Positions 10,644 to 21,568 of a stretch of DNA of 64,000 nt are shown here, in pieces. Every line of letters starts with the position of its first letter. Positions within the stretch are counted from its first letter, which is position 1. The translations under genes were made by a program, and so were the position numbers. Source of the stretch: an uncultured delta proteobacterium (GTDB lineage: Bacteria > Desulfobacterota > Desulfuromonadia > Geobacterales > Pseudopelobacteraceae); contig CAVYYZ010000005.1 of NCBI GenBank assembly GCA_963772835.1, forward strand, positions 128,001 through 192,000, written 5' to 3'. A model generated the notes under the pieces. The model searched no databases. It had not been told where the DNA came from and was given only the letters and a program-made list of their open reading frames with translations.

Positions 10644-11570
10644 ATGCAGATAAAATACAGACGGACATTTCTGAAATCACTCTTTCTGCTTGCTGTTATT
10701 GCTGCTTTCCCCTTCCTACACGAGATTGCAACCGCCCATGCATATGAAAAGGCATACCAGCATCTCGTCATCCTTGGAGACCCCCATCTTCCGGGTAACC
10801 ACATCGAGCTTAAAAAACAGGTTATACAGACGGTCAATACATGGAAAGATGTCGACATGGTCGTCGCCGTCGGCGACCTCTGTGAAGATCGGGGGACCAA
10901 AGAAGAGTATGTCGCAGTGAACGTTTTTTTCGCCACGCTGAAGTGGTCGTTTTCTCCCATCGTCGGCAATCACGATTATCTGTATGCGGACGGTTTGAAT
11001 GCAAAAGGGAAACGTCATAAGGCCGATACAGAAACCAGAGAAGCAAAACTCCGCACGTTTCGGGAGACATTCGGTTTACAGGAAATTTTTTACAGTAAAG
11101 CGGTGGGCGGATATTATCTTATCTTTCTCTCTCCGGATTCACCCGAGAACCTTGCGCGAATATCGCAGAAGCAGCTTCTATGGCTCCGTGCCGCGCTTGA
11201 TACCAATAAAAAACTCCCGACGATTATATTCTTTCATGCCCCGCTGGAAGGCACCGTTCGAAACGAGAATCCGAACTTCCTGGCACAACCTGCAGGCTCA
11301 ATCCATGATCTCCTCATGAACAATCGGCAGGTGTTTCTCTGGGTCTCAGGGCACACGCACACAACCCCCGGGGATGACAGCTTCGCATCTGCAATCAACA
11401 TCTATGAAAACCGCGTCACAAACATTCATAACAGCGACATGAACCGCGAAATTATCTGGACAAACTCACTGTTCCTGTATCCGGACAAGGTTGTTGTCAG
11501 GACGTACAACCACAGGAAGAGTGTGTGGCTGCCTGAACTTGAAAGAACGTTTGTGTCGCCGAAGCTCTGA
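10644..11570 (+). CDS. Calcineurin-like metallophosphoesterase, probable Tat substrate
   Basis: GDPH, GDL, GNHD, GHTH motifs; N-terminal RRTFLK; start ATG chosen after GGAG. Confidence 0.88.
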   Translation: MQIKYRRTFLKSLFLLAVIAAFPFLHEIATAHAYEKAYQHLVILGDPHLPGNHIELKKQVIQTVNTWKDVDMVVAVGDLCEDRGTKEEYVAVNVFFATLKWSFSPIVGNHDYLYADGLNAKGKRHKADTETREAKLRTFRETFGLQEIFYSKAVGGYYLIFLSPDSPENLARISQKQLLWLRAALDTNKKLPTIIFFHAPLEGTVRNENPNFLAQPAGSIHDLLMNNRQVFLWVSGHTHTTPGDDSFASAINIYENRVTNIHNSDMNREIIWTNSLFLYPDKVVVRTYNHRKSVWLPELERTFVSPKL

Positions 11571-11663
11571 TGGATCGGAAGCGGAAGCGAGAGTCAGTAC
11601 GCCTGAATTGTAAATGGACGACCACCGGTATTGCACACAAAATATTGCGCCGAATCCCTCCCC

Positions 11664-11693
11664 TTGACACCATATCTAGGCATGAGGCATAAT
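11664..11693 (+). promoter_or_regulatory. Candidate sigma-70 promoter for dnaE
   Basis: TTGACA-N18-CATAAT, 35 nt before the ATG. Confidence 0.4.
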
Positions 11694-11727
11694 CCAGCTT
11701 CATTGATCCGCCTGGAGGCAACACCTC

Positions 11728-14700
11728 ATGGAAACACCCATTAACACAGGAAACGCACCATCTTCCCCCTTTGTTCACCTCCACCTCCATACCCAATATT
11801 CGCTTCTGGACGGTGCAATCCGCTTTGATGATCTGATTGCAAAAGCCAAAGAACATAATGCTCCGGCTGTCGCGATCACCGACCATGGCAACATGTTCGG
11901 GGCGGCGGAGTTTTATCTTAAATGCCAGAAAGCAGGAGTTAAACCGATCATCGGCTGCGAACTGTACTTAGCACCTGAATCCCGTTTTTCACGCGATGCC
12001 AAAGGGATTTCCGACGCGGCCTACCATCTGATTCTGCTGTGCGAGAACATGCAGGGATACAAAAATCTATCCTACCTGACCTCCGCAGGATACAAGGAGG
12101 GATTCTACTACCGCCCCCGCATCGACCGTGAGTTGCTGTCCGGACGTTCCGAGGGACTGATTGCCATGTCAGCCTGCCTCAAGGGAGAAGTGGCCATGCA
12201 GTGCGGCCGCGGCAGAATGGAAGATGCTGTTGCCACAGCCAAATGGTACGGCGAACTGTTCCCCGGGCGCTATTATATAGAGCTGCAGGAAAACACCATC
12301 CCGGAACAGGATATCGTCAACAAACGCCTGATGGAGGTGGCAAATGAACTGAAACTGCCGCTGGTGGCGACGAACGACTGCCATTACCTCAATCGTGAGG
12401 ACGCGCGGGCCCATGAGGTGCTGCTCTGCATCCAGACCGGCAAAACCATGGAAGACCCGACCCATATGAAATTTTCGGTGGATGAATTTTACGTCAAGTC
12501 TCCGGAGGAGATGTCACGGGCTTTTTCCTATGCGCCGGATGCGGTCAGCAACACCCTGGCTATCGCCGAACGCTGCAATCTCGAGCTGGCGGTGGATGGC
12601 AAAACCTACTATTTCCCACACTTCGACCCACCCGCAGGGCAGAATCACGACGATATGCTGCGCGACCTGGCAACCGAAGGGCTCAAAGAGCGAATGATTA
12701 CTATCCTTGCCAAATATCCCGATATGACGATTGAACAGCAGCAGGGATATTTTGACCGTTTGGAAATAGAACTTGACTGTATCCGTGACATGAAATTCCC
12801 GGCTTATTTCCTGATTGTTTCCGACTTTATCCGCTGGGCCAAGGATCGCGGTATTCCGGTCGGCCCGGGCAGAGGGTCGGCCGCCGGTTCGCTCGTTGCG
12901 TATTCCATCAAGATAACCGATCTCGACCCACTCCCCTACAACCTGCTGTTCGAGCGGTTCCTCAACCCGGAACGTATCTCCATGCCTGATATTGACGTCG
13001 ACTTCTGTCAGGACCGGCGTGGCGAAGTCATCCAGTATATGGTCGAAAAGTACGGTCGTGATCGCGTCTGTCAGATCATCACTTTTGGAACCATGGGCGC
13101 CAAGGCGGCCATCCGGGATGTCGGACGGGCCCTGAACATGACATACGGTGATGTTGACAGGATTGCCAAATTGATCCCTGATGATCTGAAAATGACCTTG
13201 AGTAAAGCGCTGCAACAGGAACCACAGCTGAAGGAGTTATGCGCTGCCGACCCGCAGGTCAAGGATCTGCTGGACACTGCGCTCTGTCTGGAGGGACTTA
13301 CCCGCCATGCTTCGACCCATGCCGCCGCTGTTGTTGTAGCACCTGAACCGCTGGAAGAGTTTCTGCCGCTCTACAAGGACCAGAAAACCGGGTCGATCAA
13401 CACCCAGTATTCCATGAAATATGTCGAATTAGTCGGTCTGGTCAAGTTCGACTTTCTGGGACTCAAAAACCTGACCGTCATCGAGAACGCGGTTAAACTG
13501 GTACGGGTGAATGTGCCGGAGTTCGATATCACAACACTTCGGGATGACGACCAGGCCAGTTATGATCTTATCACCGCCGGCAACACCACCGGAGTCTTTC
13601 AGCTTGAGTCAAGCGGCATGAAAGAGATGCTGGTCAAATTAAAACCCTCCTGCTTTGAGGATGTTATCGCCGCCTGCGCCCTGTATCGTCCCGGCCCGCT
13701 TGGTTCCGGCATGGTTGACGATTTCATCGACCGAAAACATGGCCGCAAAGAGGTGGTGTACGACCTGCCGCAACTGGAACCGATCCTGAAAGACACCTAT
13801 GGAGTTATTGTCTATCAGGAACAGGTCATGCAGATTTCACGTTCGCTCGCCGGATATTCGCTCGGGCAGGCCGATCTGCTGCGCCGGGCCATGGGGAAAA
13901 AAGATGACAAGGAGATGTCCCGCCAGAAGGGCCTCTTCCTGGAGGGAGCCAAGGAGAACAAACTTGACCCGAAAAAAGCCGAGGCGATTTTCGACCTGAT
14001 GCACAAGTTTGCCGAATACGGCTTCAACAAATCCCACTCGGCTGCGTATGCCCTGATCGCGTATCAGACCGCTTTTCTGAAAGCTCATTATCCGGTTGAA
14101 TTCATGGCGGCACTTTTAACGTGCGACATGGACAGCACCGAAAAGGTCGTAAAAAACATTAGTGACTGCCGTGAACAGGGAATTGAAGTCCTCCCTCCCG
14201 ACATCAACACCTCCGGACATTCATTCACCGTTGTCGGAACATCGATGCGGTTCGGACTCGGGGCGGTAAAAAATGTCGGCGCAGGCGCCATCGAAGCCAT
14301 CTTGGAAGCACGCACGGAAGGACCGTTCAAAAATCTGTACGATTTCTGCGAGCGGGTTGATCTGCGCAGAGTCAACAAACGGGTGATCGAATCGTTGATC
14401 AAGTGTGGTGCGTTCGACTCCACCGGTGCGGCACGTTCCGCCCAAATGGAAGGACTGGAATCGGCGACCGGTTACGGCCAGAAAATACAGGAAGAAAAGG
14501 CAAGCGCCCAGGTCTCACTGTTCGGAGCCGAAGAAGTCTCGCGCGGAAACTCCACGGGCGGCATGAAACTGCCAAACACACCCGAATGGCATGACAAGGA
14601 AAAACTGGCATTCGAGAAAGAGGCACTCGGTTTTCTGATTACCGGTCATCCGCTTGACCGCTACATCGACGACATCAAACGACTGACCAATACCGACATA

Positions 14701-15282
14701 GCCAGTATGGTGGAAATGCCTGAAGGGAGTGAGGTGAAGATCTGCGGCATTGTCTCCGCATTCAAGGAGATTACAACCAAAAAGGGAGACCGGATGGGGT
14801 TTGTAACCATAGAAGACCTGACCGGTTCAGTTGAAATTACGGTTTTTTCCGACATTTACGCGAGCACCTCCGCTCTGCTTAAATCTGATGATCCGCTGCT
14901 GGTGGTTGGCAAACTCGAAAAAGGCGAAAAGGGGTGCAAGGTACTGCTCATGAAGGGGGGAGAGGAAAATAATGGCAGGAAATTCCAGCGTGATCGCGGT
15001 CCGGCAGGAGATATCAAACTGCTTTCCGAGGCCCGGTCCCAGACGACCAGAAAAGTATCGTTCATCCTGCGTATCGATGAAACCCCCGCACAGCATATCA
15101 CCCTTCTCAGAGAGGTCATCGAACGGCATCCCGGGAATGTCCCTGCCTTTATCCAGTTCCAGATACCGGGGCGGAGCCGCACCATCATGCCGTTGAAAGC
15201 CGGAATGAACGTAGCAGCGAGTGATGATTTAAGGCTGGAAGTAGAACGCCTGTTAGGGTATAATGCCGCGTCTTTTGAGTAG
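11728..15282 (+). CDS. dnaE: DNA polymerase III alpha subunit
   Basis: PHP domain HLHLHTQYSLLDG, GPGRGSAAGS, SMPDIDVDF, YGFNKSH, OB fold; 1184 aa with no intein. Confidence 0.98.
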   Translation: METPINTGNAPSSPFVHLHLHTQYSLLDGAIRFDDLIAKAKEHNAPAVAITDHGNMFGAAEFYLKCQKAGVKPIIGCELYLAPESRFSRDAKGISDAAYHLILLCENMQGYKNLSYLTSAGYKEGFYYRPRIDRELLSGRSEGLIAMSACLKGEVAMQCGRGRMEDAVATAKWYGELFPGRYYIELQENTIPEQDIVNKRLMEVANELKLPLVATNDCHYLNREDARAHEVLLCIQTGKTMEDPTHMKFSVDEFYVKSPEEMSRAFSYAPDAVSNTLAIAERCNLELAVDGKTYYFPHFDPPAGQNHDDMLRDLATEGLKERMITILAKYPDMTIEQQQGYFDRLEIELDCIRDMKFPAYFLIVSDFIRWAKDRGIPVGPGRGSAAGSLVAYSIKITDLDPLPYNLLFERFLNPERISMPDIDVDFCQDRRGEVIQYMVEKYGRDRVCQIITFGTMGAKAAIRDVGRALNMTYGDVDRIAKLIPDDLKMTLSKALQQEPQLKELCAADPQVKDLLDTALCLEGLTRHASTHAAAVVVAPEPLEEFLPLYKDQKTGSINTQYSMKYVELVGLVKFDFLGLKNLTVIENAVKLVRVNVPEFDITTLRDDDQASYDLITAGNTTGVFQLESSGMKEMLVKLKPSCFEDVIAACALYRPGPLGSGMVDDFIDRKHGRKEVVYDLPQLEPILKDTYGVIVYQEQVMQISRSLAGYSLGQADLLRRAMGKKDDKEMSRQKGLFLEGAKENKLDPKKAEAIFDLMHKFAEYGFNKSHSAAYALIAYQTAFLKAHYPVEFMAALLTCDMDSTEKVVKNISDCREQGIEVLPPDINTSGHSFTVVGTSMRFGLGAVKNVGAGAIEAILEARTEGPFKNLYDFCERVDLRRVNKRVIESLIKCGAFDSTGAARSAQMEGLESATGYGQKIQEEKASAQVSLFGAEEVSRGNSTGGMKLPNTPEWHDKEKLAFEKEALGFLITGHPLDRYIDDIKRLTNTDIASMVEMPEGSEVKICGIVSAFKEITTKKGDRMGFVTIEDLTGSVEITVFSDIYASTSALLKSDDPLLVVGKLEKGEKGCKVLLMKGGEENNGRKFQRDRGPAGDIKLLSEARSQTTRKVSFILRIDETPAQHITLLREVIERHPGNVPAFIQFQIPGRSRTIMPLKAGMNVAASDDLRLEVERLLGYNAASFE

Positions 15283-15300
15283 AGTACTAAAATAATAACC

Positions 15301-15436
15301 CACCACTGAGGTACCGATTTACGGAGAAGATCTTTTTTCATCGATTACATGTAATGAAACAGGACGGCCTTTTTACTTTTTCATTACATTCTTCTCTTTG
15401 ATTTTGTTTTCTCCGTCTCTCCGTGTCTCCGCGGAA
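15301..15436. repeat. Nested imperfect inverted repeat (REP/MITE-like)
   Basis: Outer arms CCACTGAGGTACCGATTTACGGAGAA and TTCTCCGTCTCTCCGTGTCTCCGCGG; inner perfect arms ATGTAATGAAA (15349) and TTTCATTACAT (15379). Confidence 0.5.
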
Positions 15437-15454
15437 AAGAAATGAGGTGTCATA

Positions 15455-16411
15455 ATGGCTACTCCGTTTTATCTTGAGTTTGAAAAGCCGATTGTTGAAC
15501 TGGAAAAGAAGATTGAAGAGCTGAATACTCTGGCAGACGGCGGCCTGGACATATCAGCCGACGTAACCGCTCTTGAAAATCGTGTAGAGGAAATGCGCGG
15601 GGATATATTCTCCAACCTGTCCCGATGGCAGACTGCACAGGTGGCCCGTCACATCAACCGTCCCTTTACTCAGGACTATATCAATCTCATGTTCACAGAA
15701 TTCGTCGAACTGCACGGAGACCGGAACTACGGCGATGATCACGCCATTGTGGGCGGACCGGCACGTTTTAACGGCCAACCGGTCATGGTTATCGGCCATC
15801 AGAAGGGGCGCGATACCAAGGAGAAAGTCTTCCGTAATTTCGGCATGCCCAACCCGGAAGGATACCGCAAAGCGCTGCGCCTGATGCAGATGGCAGAACG
15901 TTTCAAGCTGCCGGTGATCACCTTTGTCGACACCCCCGGAGCATATCCGGGCATCGGGGCCGAGGAGCGTGGACAGGCAGAGGCGATTGCCCGCAATCTG
16001 CGCGAGATGGCGAGTTTGCGTACCCCGATCATTGTCTGTATCACCGGCGAGGGTGGTTCCGGCGGAGCGCTGGCCATTGCCGTCGGCGATCGCATTTTGA
16101 TGCTGGAACATTCGGTTTATGCCGTTATTTCACCGGAAGGGTGTGCCGCCATCCTCTGGTCGGACGGGACGAAGGGTGCCCAGGCCGCAGAGGCACTTAA
16201 GCCAACTGCAAAGGATATTATCAAGCTGGGAGTCATCGATGAAATCATCAAGGAACCGGTCGGCGGTGCCCACCGTGATCACGAGGCTACGGCCAGAAGC
16301 ATGAAAGAAGCGATTGCCCGGAACCTGACCGAACTGAACAGGCTTTCCGGCGACGAACTTGTGGAAGGGCGCTATAACAAATTCAGGGCAATGACACGGG
16401 TTGCTGAATAG
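15455..16411 (+). CDS. accA: Acetyl-CoA carboxylase carboxyltransferase alpha subunit
   Basis: [39 protein letters not shown]. Confidence 0.97.
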   Translation: MATPFYLEFEKPIVELEKKIEELNTLADGGLDISADVTALENRVEEMRGDIFSNLSRWQTAQVARHINRPFTQDYINLMFTEFVELHGDRNYGDDHAIVGGPARFNGQPVMVIGHQKGRDTKEKVFRNFGMPNPEGYRKALRLMQMAERFKLPVITFVDTPGAYPGIGAEERGQAEAIARNLREMASLRTPIIVCITGEGGSGGALAIAVGDRILMLEHSVYAVISPEGCAAILWSDGTKGAQAAEALKPTAKDIIKLGVIDEIIKEPVGGAHRDHEATARSMKEAIARNLTELNRLSGDELVEGRYNKFRAMTRVAE

Positions 16412-16583
16412 GTCTGCGACACACTCCCGTGACGTAACAAAGATCACAGGCGGTACTATTGAAGCGGTGAAGGCGTTCATGACACGTTAAGGAGCCGGGA
16501 AGTAAACCGATGATGTTTCATTTTTTTATACAGCAGGATCTCTGTGGGCGGTTTAACCGCCCCTGTCTTTTTAAGGAACTGTA

Positions 16584-17396
16584 ATGCTCGAGCGTCTGCA
16601 AAAAATTATATCCGCCGCTGGAATCACCTCGCGAAGGGCCTCTGAAGCACTGATCCTGAACGGCCAGGTAGCCGTCAACGGCATCGTCGTCACCGAGTTG
16701 GGAAGCAAGGCTGATCCAACTAAAGACACCATCACGGTTGATGGGAAAACCCTTAAAATCAGCGTACAACGCCTGTACATTTTACTCAACAAGCCACCCG
16801 GATATATTACCGCCCTTAAAGACAGTCAGGGGAGACCGCTGGTTACCGACCTGCTGAAAGATGTGTCGGACCGTGTCTACCCGGTTGGACGTCTGGATTA
16901 TAACACCGAGGGGCTGCTCTTATTGACCAATGACGGTGATTGGGCCAATCGACTCATGCATCCCCGCAATGAAATTGAAAAAGAGTATCATGTCCGGGTA
17001 CGCGGCAAGGTAATAGATCAACAGCTGAAACGTATGGCCGAAGGAGTTGATCTGGAGGACGGCAAAACCGCACCTGCGGTTGTAAACCTGGTAAAGAGCG
17101 GTGAACAGAACGACTGGATATCAGTCGCGATTCATGAGGGCCGCAATCGCCAGGTGCGCAGAATGTGTGAAGCTGTCAGTCTTTCAGTCGTCCGCCTCAA
17201 GCGCATTCGCTACGGCACCCTCATGCTTGGCACACTCAGGGCCGGGCAGTTCCGCTACCTTTCAGATGCTGAGGTATGTGAACTGTCAGGTGAACCACCA
17301 AAAACAACTGCGGTGGAACGTCCGCACCGTGAAGTACAGCATAAATCAACGCGACCAGAACGATCAGGAGGAAAAGGCAGTGGAAGAAGGCAGTAG
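16584..17396 (+). CDS. rluB: RsuA/RluB-family rRNA pseudouridine synthase
   Basis: S4 domain ERLQKII, PVGRLDYNTEGLLLLTNDG, EGRNRQVRRM. Confidence 0.85.
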   Translation: MLERLQKIISAAGITSRRASEALILNGQVAVNGIVVTELGSKADPTKDTITVDGKTLKISVQRLYILLNKPPGYITALKDSQGRPLVTDLLKDVSDRVYPVGRLDYNTEGLLLLTNDGDWANRLMHPRNEIEKEYHVRVRGKVIDQQLKRMAEGVDLEDGKTAPAVVNLVKSGEQNDWISVAIHEGRNRQVRRMCEAVSLSVVRLKRIRYGTLMLGTLRAGQFRYLSDAEVCELSGEPPKTTAVERPHREVQHKSTRPERSGGKGSGRRQ

Positions 17397-18237
17397 TAGA
17401 AGGTCCGGTTTTATCGAACGAGTCAGCCGTTTTGTAACCGGACGTAAAAGAACAACCGAACAGGAAATTTACGATTTTATCGAAGCATCAGAGGAAGAAG
17501 GGCTGGTTAACGAGGATGAGTGCGAGATGATTCGTTCCATCTTTTCTCTCGGAACGACAATCGTACGGGAAGTCATGGTAACGCGCACTGAAATGGCATG
17601 CGTCACCGTAGAAGCATCCATGCGGGAACTGCTGGACACGATCATCACCTGCGGACATTCCCGAATCCCGGTGTACGAAGATTCTCTCGACAATATCATC
17701 GGCCTGCTGTATGCCAAAGACCTTCTCAAGCTATGGGGTACCGATGAAAATCATTTCTCTGTACGAGAAATCATGCGCCCGCCCTATTTTATTCCTGAAT
17801 CAAAAAACCTGGAGCAGCTTCTGCAGGAGTTTAAACGCAAACGCGTTCATCTGGCGATTGTCATTGATGAGTATGGCGGGACGTCCGGTTTGATAACGAT
17901 TGAAGATCTGCTGGAACAGATTGTGGGCGACATTCAGGACGAATATGATCGTGAGGAGTCACTTTTGACAGCCAACTCCGATGGCAGTATAACCGCTGAT
18001 GGCAGGTTGCCGATTGAGGAACTGGAAGAGCATTTTGATGTTGAAATCGAGAGGGACAACTTCGATTCAGTCGGAGGGCTTGCCTTCCACCTGACCGGCA
18101 AAATACCGTCAATCGGAGACATAATCGATGGGGCCGGGCTACGCCTTAAAATAATTGACGCCGATCTGCGGCGGGTTAAAAAAGTTGTGATCAGCCGCAT
18201 CAAAAGTACCTCTGCAGAAAACACGGGGCGTGAGTGA
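17380..18237 (+). CDS. corC: CBS-CorC/HlyC domain protein (Mg/Co transport associated)
   Basis: HSRIPVY, HLAIVIDEYGGTSGLITIEDLLEQIVGDIQDEYD; GTG 17380 after AGGAGG; conserved position upstream of lnt. Confidence 0.85.
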   Translation: MEEGSSRRSGFIERVSRFVTGRKRTTEQEIYDFIEASEEEGLVNEDECEMIRSIFSLGTTIVREVMVTRTEMACVTVEASMRELLDTIITCGHSRIPVYEDSLDNIIGLLYAKDLLKLWGTDENHFSVREIMRPPYFIPESKNLEQLLQEFKRKRVHLAIVIDEYGGTSGLITIEDLLEQIVGDIQDEYDREESLLTANSDGSITADGRLPIEELEEHFDVEIERDNFDSVGGLAFHLTGKIPSIGDIIDGAGLRLKIIDADLRRVKKVVISRIKSTSAENTGRE

Positions 18238-19787
18238 GCACTCCGATTTCTCTTTCATCAATAAAGTACCTGCTTGACCGCAAGGCCGGCTTGGCAATCG
18301 CCAGCGGCATTCTGATCGCCCTTTCCTTCCCGAATCCAGGCCTCTCTTTTCTGGCCTGGATTGCACTGATCCCCCTGCTGATTGCCATGGAAGAGAGTTC
18401 ACCACGGGAGGCATTCCGCATCGGCCTGACCTGCGGCATTACCTCATATGCCCTTATCCTTTATTGGCTTAACATCGTTTTTGTCCAGTACGGCCACCTC
18501 CCCTGGTCTGTCAGCATACCGGTCTACCTGCTGCTTGTTTTCTGGCTGGCACTTTTCTATGCCCTGAGTACCTGCATTGCAAGGCTGGGCGAATTGGCCG
18601 GCATCAAAGCCGCCTTTACCCTTCCGGTAGCCTGGGTCGCCTTTGATTTCATCCGCTCATTTCTGTTTTCAGGCTTTGCCTGGGCCATGCTCGGTCACTC
18701 CCAGTTCCGCACCCTGCCGCTGATCCAGATTGCCGATCTGGCGGGTGTCTACGGCATCACCCTCCTGATCGTTCTCGCCAACATAGTCCTGCACCGGGCT
18801 CTACGGGCGGTTTCCGGGGCCGGTGTCCCCTACCCGATTAAAAGTGCCGTAATTCTTTTGTTTCTCCTTCTCGGCACCCTCTTCTACGGATTCAACCGTT
18901 TAAACGCGCCTGAATCAGCACCATCGAGTACGTTGCGAGTCGCCCTGATTCAGGGGAATATCCCCCAGGATGTTAAATGGAGTCCGGCGTTTCGGGAGCA
19001 TACGGTAGACACCTACGTGCGCCTTACCCGGGAAGCGTCCAAAGGTGGAGTCGACCTGGTTGTCTGGCCTGAAAGTGCAGTACCTTTTTTCTTTCAGGAT
19101 GAACCGGTTCAGGCGAAACGGCTCAGGGACCTCGCAAGAGAGTTGAATGCCTGCCTCCTGTTCGGGAGTCCCGCACATGAACTTCGAAACGGCAAAAGCA
19201 CCTTTTTGAACAGCGCTTTCATGCTGTCTCCGACCGGTGAGACAATTGGGCGGGCAGACAAGATGCACCTGGTCCCGCTTGGTGAATACATACCACTCGG
19301 GAATATCCTGACATTCATTAACAAGCTTGTCGTCGGCATCGGTGATTTTTCACCCGGCGAACGGGCCATTCCCTTGGATACGGGAAGCACAAAGCTCGGC
19401 ATTCAGATCTGTTATGAGGTAATCTTTCCGGAACTGGCCCGTCAATACGTTCAGGCCGGTGCCCGTGTTCTCGTGGCAATTACCAATGATGCCTGGTTTG
19501 GCCGATCATCCGCCCCGTATCAACACCTGGCTATTTCGATCTTCCGTGCGGTTGAAACCCGCACCCCGCTGATCCGTGCCGCAAACACCGGAGTTACCGC
19601 TATTGTTGACCAGAATGGTCATATCCGGACCATGACCCCCTTGTTTTTGGAAGCGTATCGCACCGGTGAAGTGCAGTCGGGCAGCGGCAAGTCGCTCTAT
19701 CTCACGATCGGTGACGCCCCGGCCTGGCTCTGTGTGATGCTGACCGCCGGAATAGCTCTGTTTGTGTGGTTCCATCGAAAAAAATAG
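18234..19787 (+). CDS. lnt: Apolipoprotein N-acyltransferase
   Basis: Multiple TM helices plus nitrilase triad: WPESA, KMHLVPLGEY, ICYE; TNDAWF, RAANTG. Confidence 0.96.
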   Translation: MSTPISLSSIKYLLDRKAGLAIASGILIALSFPNPGLSFLAWIALIPLLIAMEESSPREAFRIGLTCGITSYALILYWLNIVFVQYGHLPWSVSIPVYLLLVFWLALFYALSTCIARLGELAGIKAAFTLPVAWVAFDFIRSFLFSGFAWAMLGHSQFRTLPLIQIADLAGVYGITLLIVLANIVLHRALRAVSGAGVPYPIKSAVILLFLLLGTLFYGFNRLNAPESAPSSTLRVALIQGNIPQDVKWSPAFREHTVDTYVRLTREASKGGVDLVVWPESAVPFFFQDEPVQAKRLRDLARELNACLLFGSPAHELRNGKSTFLNSAFMLSPTGETIGRADKMHLVPLGEYIPLGNILTFINKLVVGIGDFSPGERAIPLDTGSTKLGIQICYEVIFPELARQYVQAGARVLVAITNDAWFGRSSAPYQHLAISIFRAVETRTPLIRAANTGVTAIVDQNGHIRTMTPLFLEAYRTGEVQSGSGKSLYLTIGDAPAWLCVMLTAGIALFVWFHRKK

Positions 19788-19880
19788 TATCAACCAAGAA
19801 GACAGGATACGTTCGTTAACGAAGTTTATTTTGCCGGTAAACTCAAAACTAAACGTCCAGCTTACTAAGGAGTGATAGCC

Positions 19881-21000
19881 ATGTACCGTGAAGAAACAGC
19901 AAAAATGAAGGATTGTGAAGAGCGGATCGCCAAGCTTCGGGGGGCTCTTTGACGTAGATGCAAAACGTGAATCGATCATGGAGATCGAATCTATTATGGC
20001 TGAGCCCGGTTTCTGGGACGACAGCAAAAAATCACAGGAACTCATCAAAAAACGGACAACCATCGAAAAAATAGTCCAGATGTGGGACGGACTTGTGCGT
20101 CAGACGGAAGATATCCGAGTGATGATTGAGCTGGGTGAAGAGGCTCAGGATTCCGAGACTCTGACAGAGGTTGGCGTCATGACCGCCCGGTTGATTCAGG
20201 AGGTCGAATCAGCCGAGTTCCAGCGAATGCTCTCCGGTCCCCATGATCGGAATTCCTGCTTTATTACCATAAACCCAGGAGCCGGCGGTACCGAATCACA
20301 GGACTGGGCAGAAATGATCCTGCGAATGTATCTGCGTTACTGCGAAAAAAAAGGGTGGAAGACTATTATCACCGAATATCAGGCCGGGGATGAAGCCGGT
20401 CTCAAATCGGCGACATTCAATGTCAGCGGCGAATACGCCTACGGCTACCTTCGGGCGGAAGCAGGCATTCACCGCCTGGTTCGTATATCTCCCTTTGACA
20501 GTAATGCACGCCGCCATACCTCCTTCGCCTCGATGTATGCCTTCCCTGAAATTGAAGAGGATGACATCGAAATTAAAATAAGTGATACCGATTTGAGGGT
20601 TGATACCTTCCGATCCGGTGGTGCCGGCGGCCAGCATGTCAACACCACAGACTCGGCCGTCCGCATAACACATATTCCTTCAGGTATCATCGTCGCCTGC
20701 CAGTCTGAGCGAAGTCAGATATCAAATCGCGGCACCGCCATGAAAGTCCTGCGGGCCAAACTGTATGAGCGGGAGGTTGAGGAGCGCAAAGACAAGGCCT
20801 CCGAAATCGCCGCCGAGAAAAAGGAAATCGGCTGGGGGAGTCAGATCCGCTCGTATGTTCTGCACCCCTACAAGATGGTCAAAGATCTGCGCACCGGAGT
20901 TGAATCCGGCAACCCTGATGCCGTCCTAGACGGCAATCTGGAGGAATTTGTAGTGGCGTACCTGATGGGAGTCAGGCGCAATGTCGGGGAAGTGGAATAG
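19881..21000 (+). CDS. prfB: Peptide chain release factor 2 with programmed +1 frameshift
   Basis: ORF1 MYREETAKMKDCEERIAKLRGAL ends at CTT TGA C (19947-19953); +1 frame has SPF and GGQ motifs. Confidence 0.97.
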
Positions 21001-21011
21001 CCCGGACGTTT

Positions 21012-21551
21012 TCAATCCTGAGGAGGAGCTCTGCCGGTTCTTATCACATATTCAATATCTTCCTTTTTTTTGGCAATACTTTCTGCGCAATAAGTCCATA
21101 TCCGGTAGCTTTCTACACCAAGTATTGTGATCCCGGAGCCGAGCACCGCCCAGTAATTATCTTCAAGGTTATTGCCAAAATAGTAAAAGAGAAAAAAGGC
21201 CGTCAGAAAACCGACATGGCTGAAACTGCTCAGATGTTCAATGCCGGATGTCATACGGGACAAACTGAGAATAATTGCTGAAAAAGTATACACTATGAGT
21301 ACTATACTGATAATTCTGGCAGGTGGCGGTTTGCCGAGAAACACGTTGACCGTATCAGGCACCGGAAGAAAGGGAAACCCCCACCAGGCGAGTACGCAGA
21401 CCACCAGAAAGAGCGAAAGTGCCAGGACACCCCGGGTGGAAAATCGTTTCAGTCGCTTTATTTCACGGCCTAATTCATGTCGAATGGTGTCAGCACAATC
21501 TCTGCTTTCCGTGATATCACCCGACAGTTGATCTCCACTCATGTCTGCCAT
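21012..21551 (-). CDS. cbcE: Membrane protein, probable Cbc5 complex subunit E
   Basis: About four TM segments; last gene of the cytochrome c/b cluster; name rests on synteny. Confidence 0.6.
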   Translation of the reverse strand: MADMSGDQLSGDITESRDCADTIRHELGREIKRLKRFSTRGVLALSLFLVVCVLAWWGFPFLPVPDTVNVFLGKPPPARIISIVLIVYTFSAIILSLSRMTSGIEHLSSFSHVGFLTAFFLFYYFGNNLEDNYWAVLGSGITILGVESYRIWTYCAESIAKKKEDIEYVIRTGRAPPQD

Positions 21552-21568
21552 GCAATCCCCGATACCAG

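Noticed and set aside
17101..17379. Long N-terminal extension of the CorC-like ORF overlapping rluB
   Set aside because: A GTG with an AGGAGG RBS at 17380 explains the gene; the extension is an open shadow frame
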